From IMG/VR virus record IMGVR_UViG_3300037963_003542: DNA of 64,000 nt; one strand, written 5' to 3'. The position numbers were made by a program, and so were the translations under genes. The DNA comes from a virus. Under the pieces are notes generated by a model, which was not told the DNA's origin, did not search any database, and was given only the letters and a program-made list of their open reading frames with translations. Position 1 is the first letter of the stretch. The number at the start of each line of letters is the position of its first letter. Shown here piece after piece: positions 1 through 7,020 of this stretch.

Positions 1-135
1 CAATTTTTCAATAAAGAAAAAGTTGATACATCTATTGGTACTGGTATTATATACCCATCATCATTCATGTTTCCTTCCGCAGTGTTACCAGTGACAGAAG
101 GTGTTCGCTATTATGTGAGTACCACCTTCAAATAA
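1..135 (+). CDS. 3' end of a 2OG-Fe(II) oxygenase-like gene (partial)
   Basis: Frame 1 reads QFFNKEKVDTSIGTGIIYPSSFMFPSAVLPVTEGVRYYVSTTFK*. This matches the C-terminal (I/F)PS.FM(Y/F)PH.V.PVT.G.RY pattern of cyanophage 2OG-Fe(II) oxygenases, but with Ser at the His position. Confidence 0.6.
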   Translation, partial: QFFNKEKVDTSIGTGIIYPSSFMFPSAVLPVTEGVRYYVSTTFK

Positions 136-220
136 CTTAATAGTAATAATTAAGACAATCTGTGATCCCGAATAAATTATAATATACATGTTATGATATT
201 CACATACAACAGATTGCCCT

Positions 221-403
221 ATGACACACATGCCACCAGATCGTTGCACCACACTTACTCCAGAAGAATTAGAGGAGTTAAATGCATTGCGGAAAGCAAT
301 TACTGAGCATCCTGCGTCAGTACATTCTGACAGAATGGAGCGGTTTGCAGATCTGATGGTAAGATGTTTAGATGCCGAAGAGGAGAAATCTTCGGATAAA
401 TAA
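221..403 (+). CDS. hypothetical protein (60 aa)
   Basis: ORF track; co-oriented with neighbours; phage-like composition. Confidence 0.6.
   Translation: MTHMPPDRCTTLTPEELEELNALRKAITEHPASVHSDRMERFADLMVRCLDAEEEKSSDK
395..402 (+). promoter_or_regulatory. T4-type late promoter (GATAAATA) upstream of cp12
   Basis: NATAAATA variant of the T4 late consensus TATAAATA, 21 nt before the CP12 ATG. Confidence 0.55.
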
Positions 404-423
404 AACAACCATCGTATTCAACC

Positions 424-636
424 ATGGATAACATCGAAGCACACATTGCTAAAGATAAGGAGATCCTAGAAAATCCAACAACGTCTCCACAACAGAGACG
501 CCACATTGAGCATCAGTTAGACCAACTAGAACGCTATCAAAAGGAGCATCCTGAAGATCATCATGACCCCACAGACCTTGAACTCTGGTGTGAAGACTTC
601 CCCGAAGCAGACGAGTGTAGAATTTACGAGGATTGA
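424..636 (+). CDS. cp12: CP12 Calvin-cycle inhibitor (phage type)
   Basis: 70 aa ending LELWCEDFPEADECRIYED (C-x8-C then YED), with N-terminal IEAHIAKDKEIL, as in cyanophage CP12. Confidence 0.92.
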   Translation: MDNIEAHIAKDKEILENPTTSPQQRRHIEHQLDQLERYQKEHPEDHHDPTDLELWCEDFPEADECRIYED

Positions 637-808
637 ACAATTCTACAAAGGACAAGAACTTTTATATCATTGTCCCGATACTACTCATCATGGTGTAGTC
701 AATTTCATTGATGATGTATCTGGATCATACATTACATTGACTGTTAATGTGTCAGATTTGGTGATCTACCCGATATGGTGGGACAGACTAGAAGAATATA
801 GCAAGTGA
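563..808 (+). CDS. hypothetical protein (true start probably downstream of 563)
   Basis: ORF track; the 5' part overlaps cp12; the stop lies just before the first promoter cassette. Confidence 0.5.
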   Translation: MTPQTLNSGVKTSPKQTSVEFTRIEQFYKGQELLYHCPDTTHHGVVNFIDDVSGSYITLTVNVSDLVIYPIWWDRLEEYSK

Positions 809-894
809 CCCTGTGCCACTTTGCGAACTGGATCAGCGCCCTTGACCAGGCGCTTTTTTAGTGGCATACTATAAGAGTCAAAGGGACACACCCC
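809..894 (+). promoter_or_regulatory. early promoter/stem-loop cassette C1
   Basis: GTGCCACT...AACTGG; hairpin AGCGCC/GGCGCT (835-854) with TTGACC in the loop; CATACT 17 nt later; leader ATAAGAGTCAAAGGGACA is shared with C2. Confidence 0.75.
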
Positions 895-1140
895 ATGCAA
901 CTGCTCACCTCCGCCACGCAAATTGATTATTTTCCGCAAGGTGATGGTAAGCACCGCTTTACTAAGCGCGTTATCTGGCACCCCGATGCGGAATGTGATC
1001 AGCAGATGACTTCATTCAGCACTGTTCTTAAGATTGAGATGAAGTATCAGGTCCGTAATTACATCGCCAATGGTGCAGAGGTTGTCAAATTCAACACAGA
1101 AGAGTATAATGGTAAAGACTATACTCCTATGATGTGCTGA
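895..1140 (+). CDS. hypothetical early protein
   Basis: ORF directly after cassette C1. Confidence 0.75.
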   Translation: MQLLTSATQIDYFPQGDGKHRFTKRVIWHPDAECDQQMTSFSTVLKIEMKYQVRNYIANGAEVVKFNTEEYNGKDYTPMMC

Positions 1141-1304
1141 TGCACACTAACTATTCTTTACAGGGGAATGACATCATTCCCTACTATTCTATCCAAGAGT
1201 GGGTAGATAACTGGGACGAATTGTTTGAGCGGGTTGAAGTTGAACGTGAGACCATTGGTGTCTACGATAACAACAACTATTGCTTATTCGTTCCATTCTC
1301 CTAG
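1140..1304 (+). CDS. hypothetical protein (54 aa, below ORF-track cut-off)
   Basis: ATG overlaps the upstream TGA; reads MHTNYSLQGNDIIPYY...CLFVPFS*. Confidence 0.55.
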   Translation: MHTNYSLQGNDIIPYYSIQEWVDNWDELFERVEVERETIGVYDNNNYCLFVPFS

Positions 1305-1372
1305 GCAGCACAGTATTCAGCGTAAGACCTAGCATTGAACCAAACACAATCCACTAAACTTCTCTCTTAAAA

Positions 1373-1630
1373 ATGATCGTGAACGCTCCTATCGCTCGTA
1401 TGCTCACCTCTGAGCAATCCAGTGCTATTGCATTCATTAAAATTGAAGACGAAACTGTGACCATTTCGTATCAGTCTAATCCTGAGCGTATGTATGAATT
1501 CACCAGCGAATCTCAGACCTTTGTATCACAACTGACTCAGATTGTTGAGGCAGATGATTTCATGGGCATGTCGCTGGGCGGCATCGTAGCAGATGCTCGC
1601 CGTGTGGGTGATCTGGTCCAGACAGTCTGA
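1373..1630 (+). CDS. hypothetical protein, KTSC-like
   Basis: SSAI..I......V.I.Y......Y.F...SLG pattern resembles the KTSC domain. Confidence 0.5.
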   Translation: MIVNAPIARMLTSEQSSAIAFIKIEDETVTISYQSNPERMYEFTSESQTFVSQLTQIVEADDFMGMSLGGIVADARRVGDLVQTV

Positions 1631-1699
1631 GAAGTGGCACAGGGGCGCTTCTAGCGCCCTCTCCACCCCTTATAATATAAGAGTCAAAGGGACAGCACC
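1616..1699 (+). promoter_or_regulatory. early promoter/stem-loop cassette C2
   Basis: GACAGT-N6-AGTGGCACA; hairpin GGGCGCT-tct-AGCGCCC; TATAAT at 1671-1676; leader ATAAGAGTCAAAGGGACA. Confidence 0.75.
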
Positions 1700-1903
1700 A
1701 TGCTCACCACCAACGCACCATACGGTTGTCAGACATACAAGGATCTACTGATCCTGCTCCAGTCCATGACTCCCGAGCAACTAGATTGCACTCCAACTGT
1801 CTATGATGCTGACAATGATGAGTATTATCCTTTCAGTACATTCTTGACTGCGAGTGATACAAACTCTGTGCTTGATGAAGACCATCCTTACTTCTCCTTC
1901 TGA
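1700..1903 (+). CDS. hypothetical early protein
   Basis: ORF directly after cassette C2. Confidence 0.75.
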   Translation: MLTTNAPYGCQTYKDLLILLQSMTPEQLDCTPTVYDADNDEYYPFSTFLTASDTNSVLDEDHPYFSF

Positions 1904-2034
1904 TGACTAACACCGATGATTTCCTTGAAAACACCAAACTTGTTGCTGAAAAAACTGGCAACCTTGATCTCTGGCATGAAATGTTTGGTGAGTTTGAAGA
2001 AGAATCAGGATCCTCTCTGGATGACAACGACTGA
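1903..2034 (+). CDS. small acidic hypothetical protein (43 aa)
   Basis: ATG overlaps the upstream TGA; MTNTDDFLENTKLVAEKTGNLDLWHEMFGEF...*. Confidence 0.45.
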   Translation: MTNTDDFLENTKLVAEKTGNLDLWHEMFGEFEEESGSSLDDND

Positions 2035-2052
2035 ACCCAATTACGACGACTG

Positions 2053-2241
2053 ATGGAAACTACAACAGCAACTTATCAGATCTCAGTTACAACTGACGAA
2101 GGGTCACTGTCATTCATGAAGGACATGCCCACTAAACCCAAAACATCTAAGGGTATTAAGTCACAGAATAATAAACTATCCAAGTGGGTAGAGCAACGCT
2201 ATCCTAACTTTATCTCCTACGACATCACTCTTCTCAAATGA
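2053..2241 (+). CDS. hypothetical protein
   Basis: ORF track; part of the tightly packed + strand early cluster. Confidence 0.65.
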   Translation: METTTATYQISVTTDEGSLSFMKDMPTKPKTSKGIKSQNNKLSKWVEQRYPNFISYDITLLK

Positions 2242-2417
2242 ATCGCGACGAACTTCAATCCAAACTGATTTATCAGATGTTGGATGACATGGATCTCAAA
2301 ACCATGTATTCTGTATTGTATGATTACATGAGTGAATCATATGATAAGTATTCTGAAGAAGAGTTGACAGAAGAGGTCAACGAGTATTATCCTGAACTTC
2401 TACCCATCCAAGACTAA
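2238..2417 (+). CDS. hypothetical protein (59 aa)
   Basis: ATGA overlap with the upstream gene; MNRDELQSKLIYQMLDDMDLKTM...YYPELLPIQD*. Confidence 0.65.
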   Translation: MNRDELQSKLIYQMLDDMDLKTMYSVLYDYMSESYDKYSEEELTEEVNEYYPELLPIQD

Positions 2418-2686
2418 TGAACAAGTATCGCGTCAAAACTATCTCATTTGATTTTGAGGACAGTGATTTTGAACTCCCACCAAGCATTCAACAAGAAATT
2501 ATTGATGATTGTAAAAATCGCGTCTGGTCTTCTGAAGAAGACGATTTAGTTGACGAGATCACTGAGTTCTACGGTTATTGCATCCAGAGTATTGACTATG
2601 AGGAGAAGATTCCTTATGTTGATGCTGTTATTGGTAACGATCCTTATGCTCCCGCATTCAAACGTGAATCTAATCTTTCAGAATGA
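2417..2686 (+). CDS. hypothetical acidic protein
   Basis: ORF track; TAATG coupling with the upstream gene. Confidence 0.65.
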   Translation: MNKYRVKTISFDFEDSDFELPPSIQQEIIDDCKNRVWSSEEDDLVDEITEFYGYCIQSIDYEEKIPYVDAVIGNDPYAPAFKRESNLSE

Positions 2687-2850
2687 TGACCACACAGAAC
2701 CTAATCATCAGTGGTCTACAGTATGAGGAGTTAGTGCTATTGCAAGAACTCATGGTGCTAGTAGATCAGACTGATATGATTGATCATCCTCTACTCATTG
2801 AGGATCGTGAGACATTTGAGTCACTTTTTAATAAGGTAATGAACGCATGA
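2686..2850 (+). CDS. hypothetical protein (~54 aa)
   Basis: MTTQNLIISGLQYEELVLLQELM...VMNA*; overlaps both neighbours. Confidence 0.5.
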   Translation: MTTQNLIISGLQYEELVLLQELMVLVDQTDMIDHPLLIEDRETFESLFNKVMNA

Positions 2851-2993
2851 CCTGGATCGTTAAAATGTATTCCGCAGGCAAAGTATTCAATGTGGAAATT
2901 ATCGCGGGTAATCCGCAAGATGCCCGCGCTGCTGCCCTCGCTCGTAATCCTCATGCAACTATTGTCGGAGTCAACGCAAGAATGGGTAACTGA
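2847..2993 (+). CDS. small conserved cyanophage protein (48 aa)
   Basis: MTWIVKMYSAGKVFNVEIIAGNPQDARAAALARNPHATIVGVNARMGN*; the A...ALARNP.AT.VGV motif is typical of a cyanomyophage early family. Confidence 0.65.
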   Translation: MTWIVKMYSAGKVFNVEIIAGNPQDARAAALARNPHATIVGVNARMGN

Positions 2994-3061
2994 AGAAGAA
3001 TCAGTTACTGATATGATTGTAGACATCAACATTGATGAACTACACAAATTTGCTGAATTGA

Positions 3062-3856
3062 ATGACTATGTACTCACTACCGAGTGATTTTCCCCATGAC
3101 CCACCTAAAAACTATACTTACGAAGTTGAGGAGTTCCGACGTAACATTCTACGCATTTGGTGTTGCAATCATTCTCAATTCACTTACAACGGCGGTGGTC
3201 CTGCACAAACTGTTTGGGGATTCTACAACATCAAACGTAGAACTTACTTTGCCCCACACTCATCAAAACGGATCGGTGCAACAGTATCACTAGACCAGAC
3301 CACACCGTACAGTGCTATGCCACTTCTTAAACTGGCACTGGACAGCGTTGAAACCACCCCAGAAGGGTCTACAATGACTTCAGTTCAAACAAAGGACATG
3401 ACCACCACCACACCCCGCAAACAAGAGTTCAGCGACTTCTGTGCCCAGCGTGATGCACAGAACACCTTACAACTGAATGTGACCAAGTGGTGCTATATGT
3501 TGTGTGATGCATTGCGCCACAATTATATGAAGGAATCGTATGTACGTCACAAGTTCCTGATGCCTTCTTCATCTAATCCTGCTTATCATCAGGAGTGCCT
3601 GGATAAGATTGATAAGGACATTTGTGATTATAATTTCTATATTGAGACTGGTCGTAAGTATCACAAGATCATGATGAATGCTGCTGGTTCACACTCTGTC
3701 CATGCATTTGTTGACAAGAAGACTGGTGAACTTTACAAGGCAGCATCTATCAAACAACCTGCTAAAGGTGTACGCTTTGATCTTCGTATTATCACCCAGC
3801 GTGAGGAAGTATTGGAGAAATGTGATTGGGCAGGTGGTTACCTTTACAAGAGATGA
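3062..3856 (+). CDS. apparent in-frame fusion of two conserved cyanophage hypothetical genes through a promoter cassette (second gene probably also starts at ATG 3398)
   Basis: The N part (LP.DFPH.PP..Y.YEVE.F.RN..RIW...TVWGFY...TTPYSAM) and C part (DFCAQRDA.NT.QLN...GRKYHKI...SVHAFVDKKTGE.YK.AS...PAKGVRF...WAGGYLY) are joined by a stop-free cassette at 3318-3397. Confidence 0.7.
   Translation: MTMYSLPSDFPHDPPKNYTYEVEEFRRNILRIWCCNHSQFTYNGGGPAQTVWGFYNIKRRTYFAPHSSKRIGATVSLDQTTPYSAMPLLKLALDSVETTPEGSTMTSVQTKDMTTTTPRKQEFSDFCAQRDAQNTLQLNVTKWCYMLCDALRHNYMKESYVRHKFLMPSSSNPAYHQECLDKIDKDICDYNFYIETGRKYHKIMMNAAGSHSVHAFVDKKTGELYKAASIKQPAKGVRFDLRIITQREEVLEKCDWAGGYLYKR
3318..3397 (+). promoter_or_regulatory. 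early promoter cassette C3 (inside ORF 3062..3856)
   Basis: TGCCACT-N6-ACTGGCAC; TACAAT at 3370-3375; leader GACTTCAGTTC is shared with C7 and C8. Confidence 0.7.
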
Positions 3857-3859
3857 TTT

Positions 3860-4828
3860 ATGAGAAATAAGATCTTCCCCGCCTTTGTTGCGGGGATTTA
3901 TATTGTCTGGTTATATTTGGTGATCACTACCACAGGATTCGGTGTATATCTTACACACTGGTTATATTCTGTGATGATGATTATAGGTGCTGCTGTTGCA
4001 GGATTCACTCCAGTTGGTGGTGGTGCGGTAGCATATCCTGTTCTTTCATTATATGCTGATCTCACACCACAAATTGCACGGGATTTTTCACTTGCAATTC
4101 AGGCAGTAGGAATGACATCCGCATCGATTTATATCATGACGCGGAAACCATATAGATTAAAGTTTTATGCACCTATTCCATTGTACGTTGCATTTAATTT
4201 TATAGGTTTTATTGGTGTTACTGCATTCTATTCTTATATTCCAGTTCATATTATCCAGATGGTCTTTGTCACTCTTGCAGTGGCATTTGTTGGTAGTTTC
4301 ATGATCACCAAACAGTATGGAACATTGAGGATAGTTGCACCTAAGTGGTATCATATTGGATTGTTTTCATTTGCAGGTGGTGGATGTGCTGCATTGTTTG
4401 GAACAGGATCTGACATGATGATTTACATTATGTTGAGTGTATATTATGGCATGAGAGAGGAACGAGCAACAGACGTAAGTATTATCACAATGGCAGCAGT
4501 ATCAGTGTTGGGAGTATTATATACTGCACCTAGTATGTCACCCGAAGTATATCCTATGTGGTTAGTAGCAGCGCCTGTAGTAGCAGTATTTGCTCCATTT
4601 GGTAATATGCTATTGACAATCATTCGGAAGTATTATATGCTGTTGTTTGTACTAGGGTTGAGCACATTCAATTATATCTACTGGAGCGCAAAGAACCCTA
4701 CACTATTACTACCATCTATTGCTTTTATAATTACATTTACTGCAATCTTTACATTCCAACGTTATGGACTCGAATTACATCGACAAGAATCTAATCCTAT
4801 CGGAACAGTGCGAGAGACTGAGCCCTGA
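3860..4828 (+). CDS. TauE/SafE (TSUP) family membrane transporter
   Basis: Highly hydrophobic, about 9 predicted TM segments; GFTPVGGGAVAYPVL and second-half GGG..ALFGTGSD motifs typical of the TauE/SafE internal duplication. Confidence 0.75.
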   Translation: MRNKIFPAFVAGIYIVWLYLVITTTGFGVYLTHWLYSVMMIIGAAVAGFTPVGGGAVAYPVLSLYADLTPQIARDFSLAIQAVGMTSASIYIMTRKPYRLKFYAPIPLYVAFNFIGFIGVTAFYSYIPVHIIQMVFVTLAVAFVGSFMITKQYGTLRIVAPKWYHIGLFSFAGGGCAALFGTGSDMMIYIMLSVYYGMREERATDVSIITMAAVSVLGVLYTAPSMSPEVYPMWLVAAPVVAVFAPFGNMLLTIIRKYYMLLFVLGLSTFNYIYWSAKNPTLLLPSIAFIITFTAIFTFQRYGLELHRQESNPIGTVRETEP

Positions 4829-5531
4829 ATTTTGTAAGCATGTTATCAATCGATTTACAGAGGATGATCGTAAGGTAGATGGTGGTTTCGGTCGCAGCGG
4901 ACGTACTGACCACAGTATTAAACACTCATACGATCTTAACATCACTGACCCCACAATCTATCCTACATGGAAGAATGAGAACGTAAGATTTAAGCAGTGT
5001 TTGAGTATGTCACTGGCAGCATATGAATTCATGCTAGGTGATACACATAGTAAGTTGTTCCCATTCTATGATTGTGATAAAGGTGTAAGGAATAGTGGTT
5101 TCCAGATTCAGTATTCTCCTGCTAACACTCGTGGGTATGATTGGCACTCTGATGAACACATCTTTGGATGCACTGATCGTGAAACATTCAAAACACAGAC
5201 ATGGAATCGTGGTCTTACATATATCTTCTATCTCAATGATGTACCTGATGGTAGTGGTTACACTGAGTTTATAGATGGTACGAAGGTACAACCAAGAACA
5301 GGTAAGTTTCTTATATTTCCTGCTACATGGACATACTTACATCGTGGTTACCCAACTGATCATGATAAGTATATTGCTACTGGTTGGGTATATGGTAAGC
5401 GTACATTGAACATCAGACGACAACATGCACCAAATGAAGTAGCATTGCAACCTGATCGTATTAAAGAAATTACTGATCATCAACCTGTACCCGAGCAATT
5501 TAAGACAGTAGAAGGACGACGATTTGTATGA
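4764..5531 (+). CDS. 2OG-Fe(II) oxygenase (prolyl-hydroxylase-like)
   Basis: WHSD (HxD), TYIFYLND, GYTEF, IFPATWTYLHRG (distal His), KYIATGW. Confidence 0.88.
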   Translation: MDSNYIDKNLILSEQCERLSPEFCKHVINRFTEDDRKVDGGFGRSGRTDHSIKHSYDLNITDPTIYPTWKNENVRFKQCLSMSLAAYEFMLGDTHSKLFPFYDCDKGVRNSGFQIQYSPANTRGYDWHSDEHIFGCTDRETFKTQTWNRGLTYIFYLNDVPDGSGYTEFIDGTKVQPRTGKFLIFPATWTYLHRGYPTDHDKYIATGWVYGKRTLNIRRQHAPNEVALQPDRIKEITDHQPVPEQFKTVEGRRFV

Positions 5532-5753
5532 TTGAGTAACTCCAGAGCTACTACAGAGTGTATTTGGAGTATATTATAAATGTCATTTTTAATATAGTTG
5601 CGTTTTCCACATGCTTGTGGAATGTGTGTGGAAAAGGTTGTGGAATACCTGATAATGTGCGGAGGAACTTCTGTCTTAGCGTGCATCCTACCGATTGTCA
5701 ACCCCATGTATAAGAACTTCACAAATATGTCAGAAGGTTCTCACAGTTGGCAC

Positions 5754-5782
5754 TTGACAGACCTGCGAGATCCTTATATAAT
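5754..5782 (+). promoter_or_regulatory. consensus sigma70 promoter
   Basis: TTGACA (5754-5759), 17 nt, TATAAT (5777-5782); preceded by TGGCAC. Confidence 0.85.
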
Positions 5783-5831
5783 AACTCTGTGAGGTTTCAA
5801 AGGTCAGTCCCTATGAGGTTTTCCGAGAAAC

Positions 5832-5860
5832 TTGACAACCGCCCAGTTCTACAGTATGAT
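5832..5860 (+). promoter_or_regulatory. sigma70 promoter
   Basis: TTGACA (5832-5837), 17 nt, TATGAT (5855-5860). Confidence 0.8.
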
Positions 5861-5946
5861 GATTTCTGAGGTTTTTATGAATTCTGAAAAACTTATAGAA
5901 TTGCAGAAAATGTGAAAACTGAGAATTTATAAAAACCTCAGAAATC
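5861..5946. repeat. 25-bp near-perfect inverted repeat
   Basis: GATTTCTGAGGTTTTTATGAATTCT (5861-5885) pairs with AGAATTTATAAAAACCTCAGAAATC (5922-5946); one G:T pair; 36-nt loop. Confidence 0.85.
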
Positions 5947-6006
5947 TTAAAAGTTAAGTATTTGAGAATTTCACAGTTCTGTGGAAAACTTATACTTAAC
6001 ACTTTT

Positions 6007-6091
6007 GGGACTATGGTGAAATTGGTAAACACAACAGACTTAAAATCTGTCGGAGATTAACTCCTTGTCAGTTCAAGTCTGACTAGTCCTA
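6007..6091 (+). tRNA. trnL: tRNA-Leu (anticodon UAA), no encoded CCA
   Basis: Acceptor GGGACTA/TAGTCCT, D-loop TGGTA, anticodon arm ACAGA-CTTAAAA-TCTGT, long variable arm, T-loop GTTCAAG. Confidence 0.93.
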
Positions 6092-6145
6092 TAGAGAATA
6101 TTATACTAAATATTCTCAAATTGATTACACTTTACAAAGACTAAA

Positions 6146-6304
6146 ATGTCTTCTTCAAACAAATTTGAGTACTATTTTGAGACTGCTGATGGTACAAATC
6201 AAGAAGGATTTGTAACAGCAAATACTCATCAAAATGCTATCAAAAAGATCAAAAAAGAATACAAAAAGCATAAGATTACCTATCTTGATGTTCAACCACT
6301 GTGA
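6146..6304 (+). CDS. hypothetical protein (52 aa)
   Basis: MSSSNKFEYYFETADGTNQEGFV...LDVQPL*; GTGA overlap with the next gene. Confidence 0.6.
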   Translation: MSSSNKFEYYFETADGTNQEGFVTANTHQNAIKKIKKEYKKHKITYLDVQPL

Positions 6305-6555
6305 AACTAAGACCCATGACTATTGAAAACTACGTTGTCTGTGAAGGTTATGCCTACTGGGAAAAAGATGGCAACTATTACACAACCACTGTTGACAAGA
6401 AGAATAACATCCAGTGGTCAGATGCTTCTCGGATTGATATTAAATCCAGTGGTGGAATTGATATCGCTAATGTACATCAACTGTATGATTGCCTACATGG
6501 AATCAAAACAGCACAACGACAGTTACTTAACGAAACTCGCAAAATTGCCGTTTAA
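6301..6555 (+). CDS. hypothetical protein
   Basis: ORF track; GTG start overlapping the upstream stop. Confidence 0.6.
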   Translation: MKLRPMTIENYVVCEGYAYWEKDGNYYTTTVDKKNNIQWSDASRIDIKSSGGIDIANVHQLYDCLHGIKTAQRQLLNETRKIAV

Positions 6556-6559
6556 TTCT

Positions 6560-6703
6560 ATGCATGAATCAACTCTAGATCTCTTCTGTGGTGATACTAA
6601 CTCAGACGACGCTAAGTTAGCAGAAGAGTTTGCAAACGAAATTGAAGCGAAGGCAGCACATTTAGAAGTCACTGTTGACTACTACATGCAAGAGTTTATG
6701 TAA
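6560..6703 (+). CDS. small conserved cyanophage hypothetical protein (3' part of ORF 6323..6703)
   Basis: MHESTLDLFCGD...EIEAKAAHLEVTVDYYMQEFM*; the upstream part of the track ORF is a shadow of 6301..6555. Confidence 0.6.
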   Translation: MHESTLDLFCGDTNSDDAKLAEEFANEIEAKAAHLEVTVDYYMQEFM

Positions 6704-6774
6704 AGAACTCGTAGGGTCACTAAGTAACACAAACTGGTCGGCCGCTTCGCTCTGTATCGTGGTGATACATAGGA

Positions 6775-6840
6775 AAACCAGTTGGCGCAGTGGCACAATA
6801 GCACAGGCAGACCGTCAGACCCTGTGCTTATAATGGTCAC
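6775..6840 (+). promoter_or_regulatory. early promoter cassette C6
   Basis: AACCAGT-N6-AGTGGCACA, then 33 nt from TGGCA to TATAAT (6829-6834); GACCCTGTGC is shared with C7. Confidence 0.75.
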
Positions 6841-7020
6841 ATGACAACAAACGAACTGATGACAGACCGCCTGACTGAACTCCAAGATTTCATGTTTGAC
6901 ACCATGGCATCCCCTGAGATGAGCGTGGACTGGTTCTGCGACCGCTTCAACGTGAGCGCAACGGATGACGTGATCGACTTCGTGCTGGATGCCCATGAGG
7001 GCATGTTTGCCGACCAGTGA
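6841..7020 (+). CDS. hypothetical early protein (59 aa; alternative start 6859)
   Basis: MTTNELMTDRLTELQDFMFDTMASPEMSVDWFCDRFNV...MFADQ*; follows C6. Confidence 0.7.
   Translation: MTTNELMTDRLTELQDFMFDTMASPEMSVDWFCDRFNVSATDDVIDFVLDAHEGMFADQ

Larger units (their letters stand above)
5603..5988. repeat. cluster of DnaA-box-like 9-mers
   Basis: TTTTCCACA at 5603-5611 (+), 5627-5635 (-) and 5980-5988 (-); near matches at 5616-5624, 5639-5647 and 5911-5919 (all -). Confidence 0.7.

Noticed and set aside
85-506. Minus-strand ORFs 85-408 and 300-506
   Set aside because: Antisense to the partial oxygenase, the 221-403 gene and cp12; no supporting signals.
4764-5531. Calling the oxygenase TauD (taurine dioxygenase)
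   Set aside because: Its motifs (HxD...YLND...IFP...H...KY) are prolyl-hydroxylase-like rather than TauD-type; only adjacency to TauE suggests sulfur chemistry.
5598-5792. 64-aa ORF over the DnaA-box cluster (and 5480-5722, 5811-6032 on minus)
   Set aside because: GTG/TTG starts, no SD, and they overlap promoters, repeats or the tRNA; the protein sequences merely spell the repeats.
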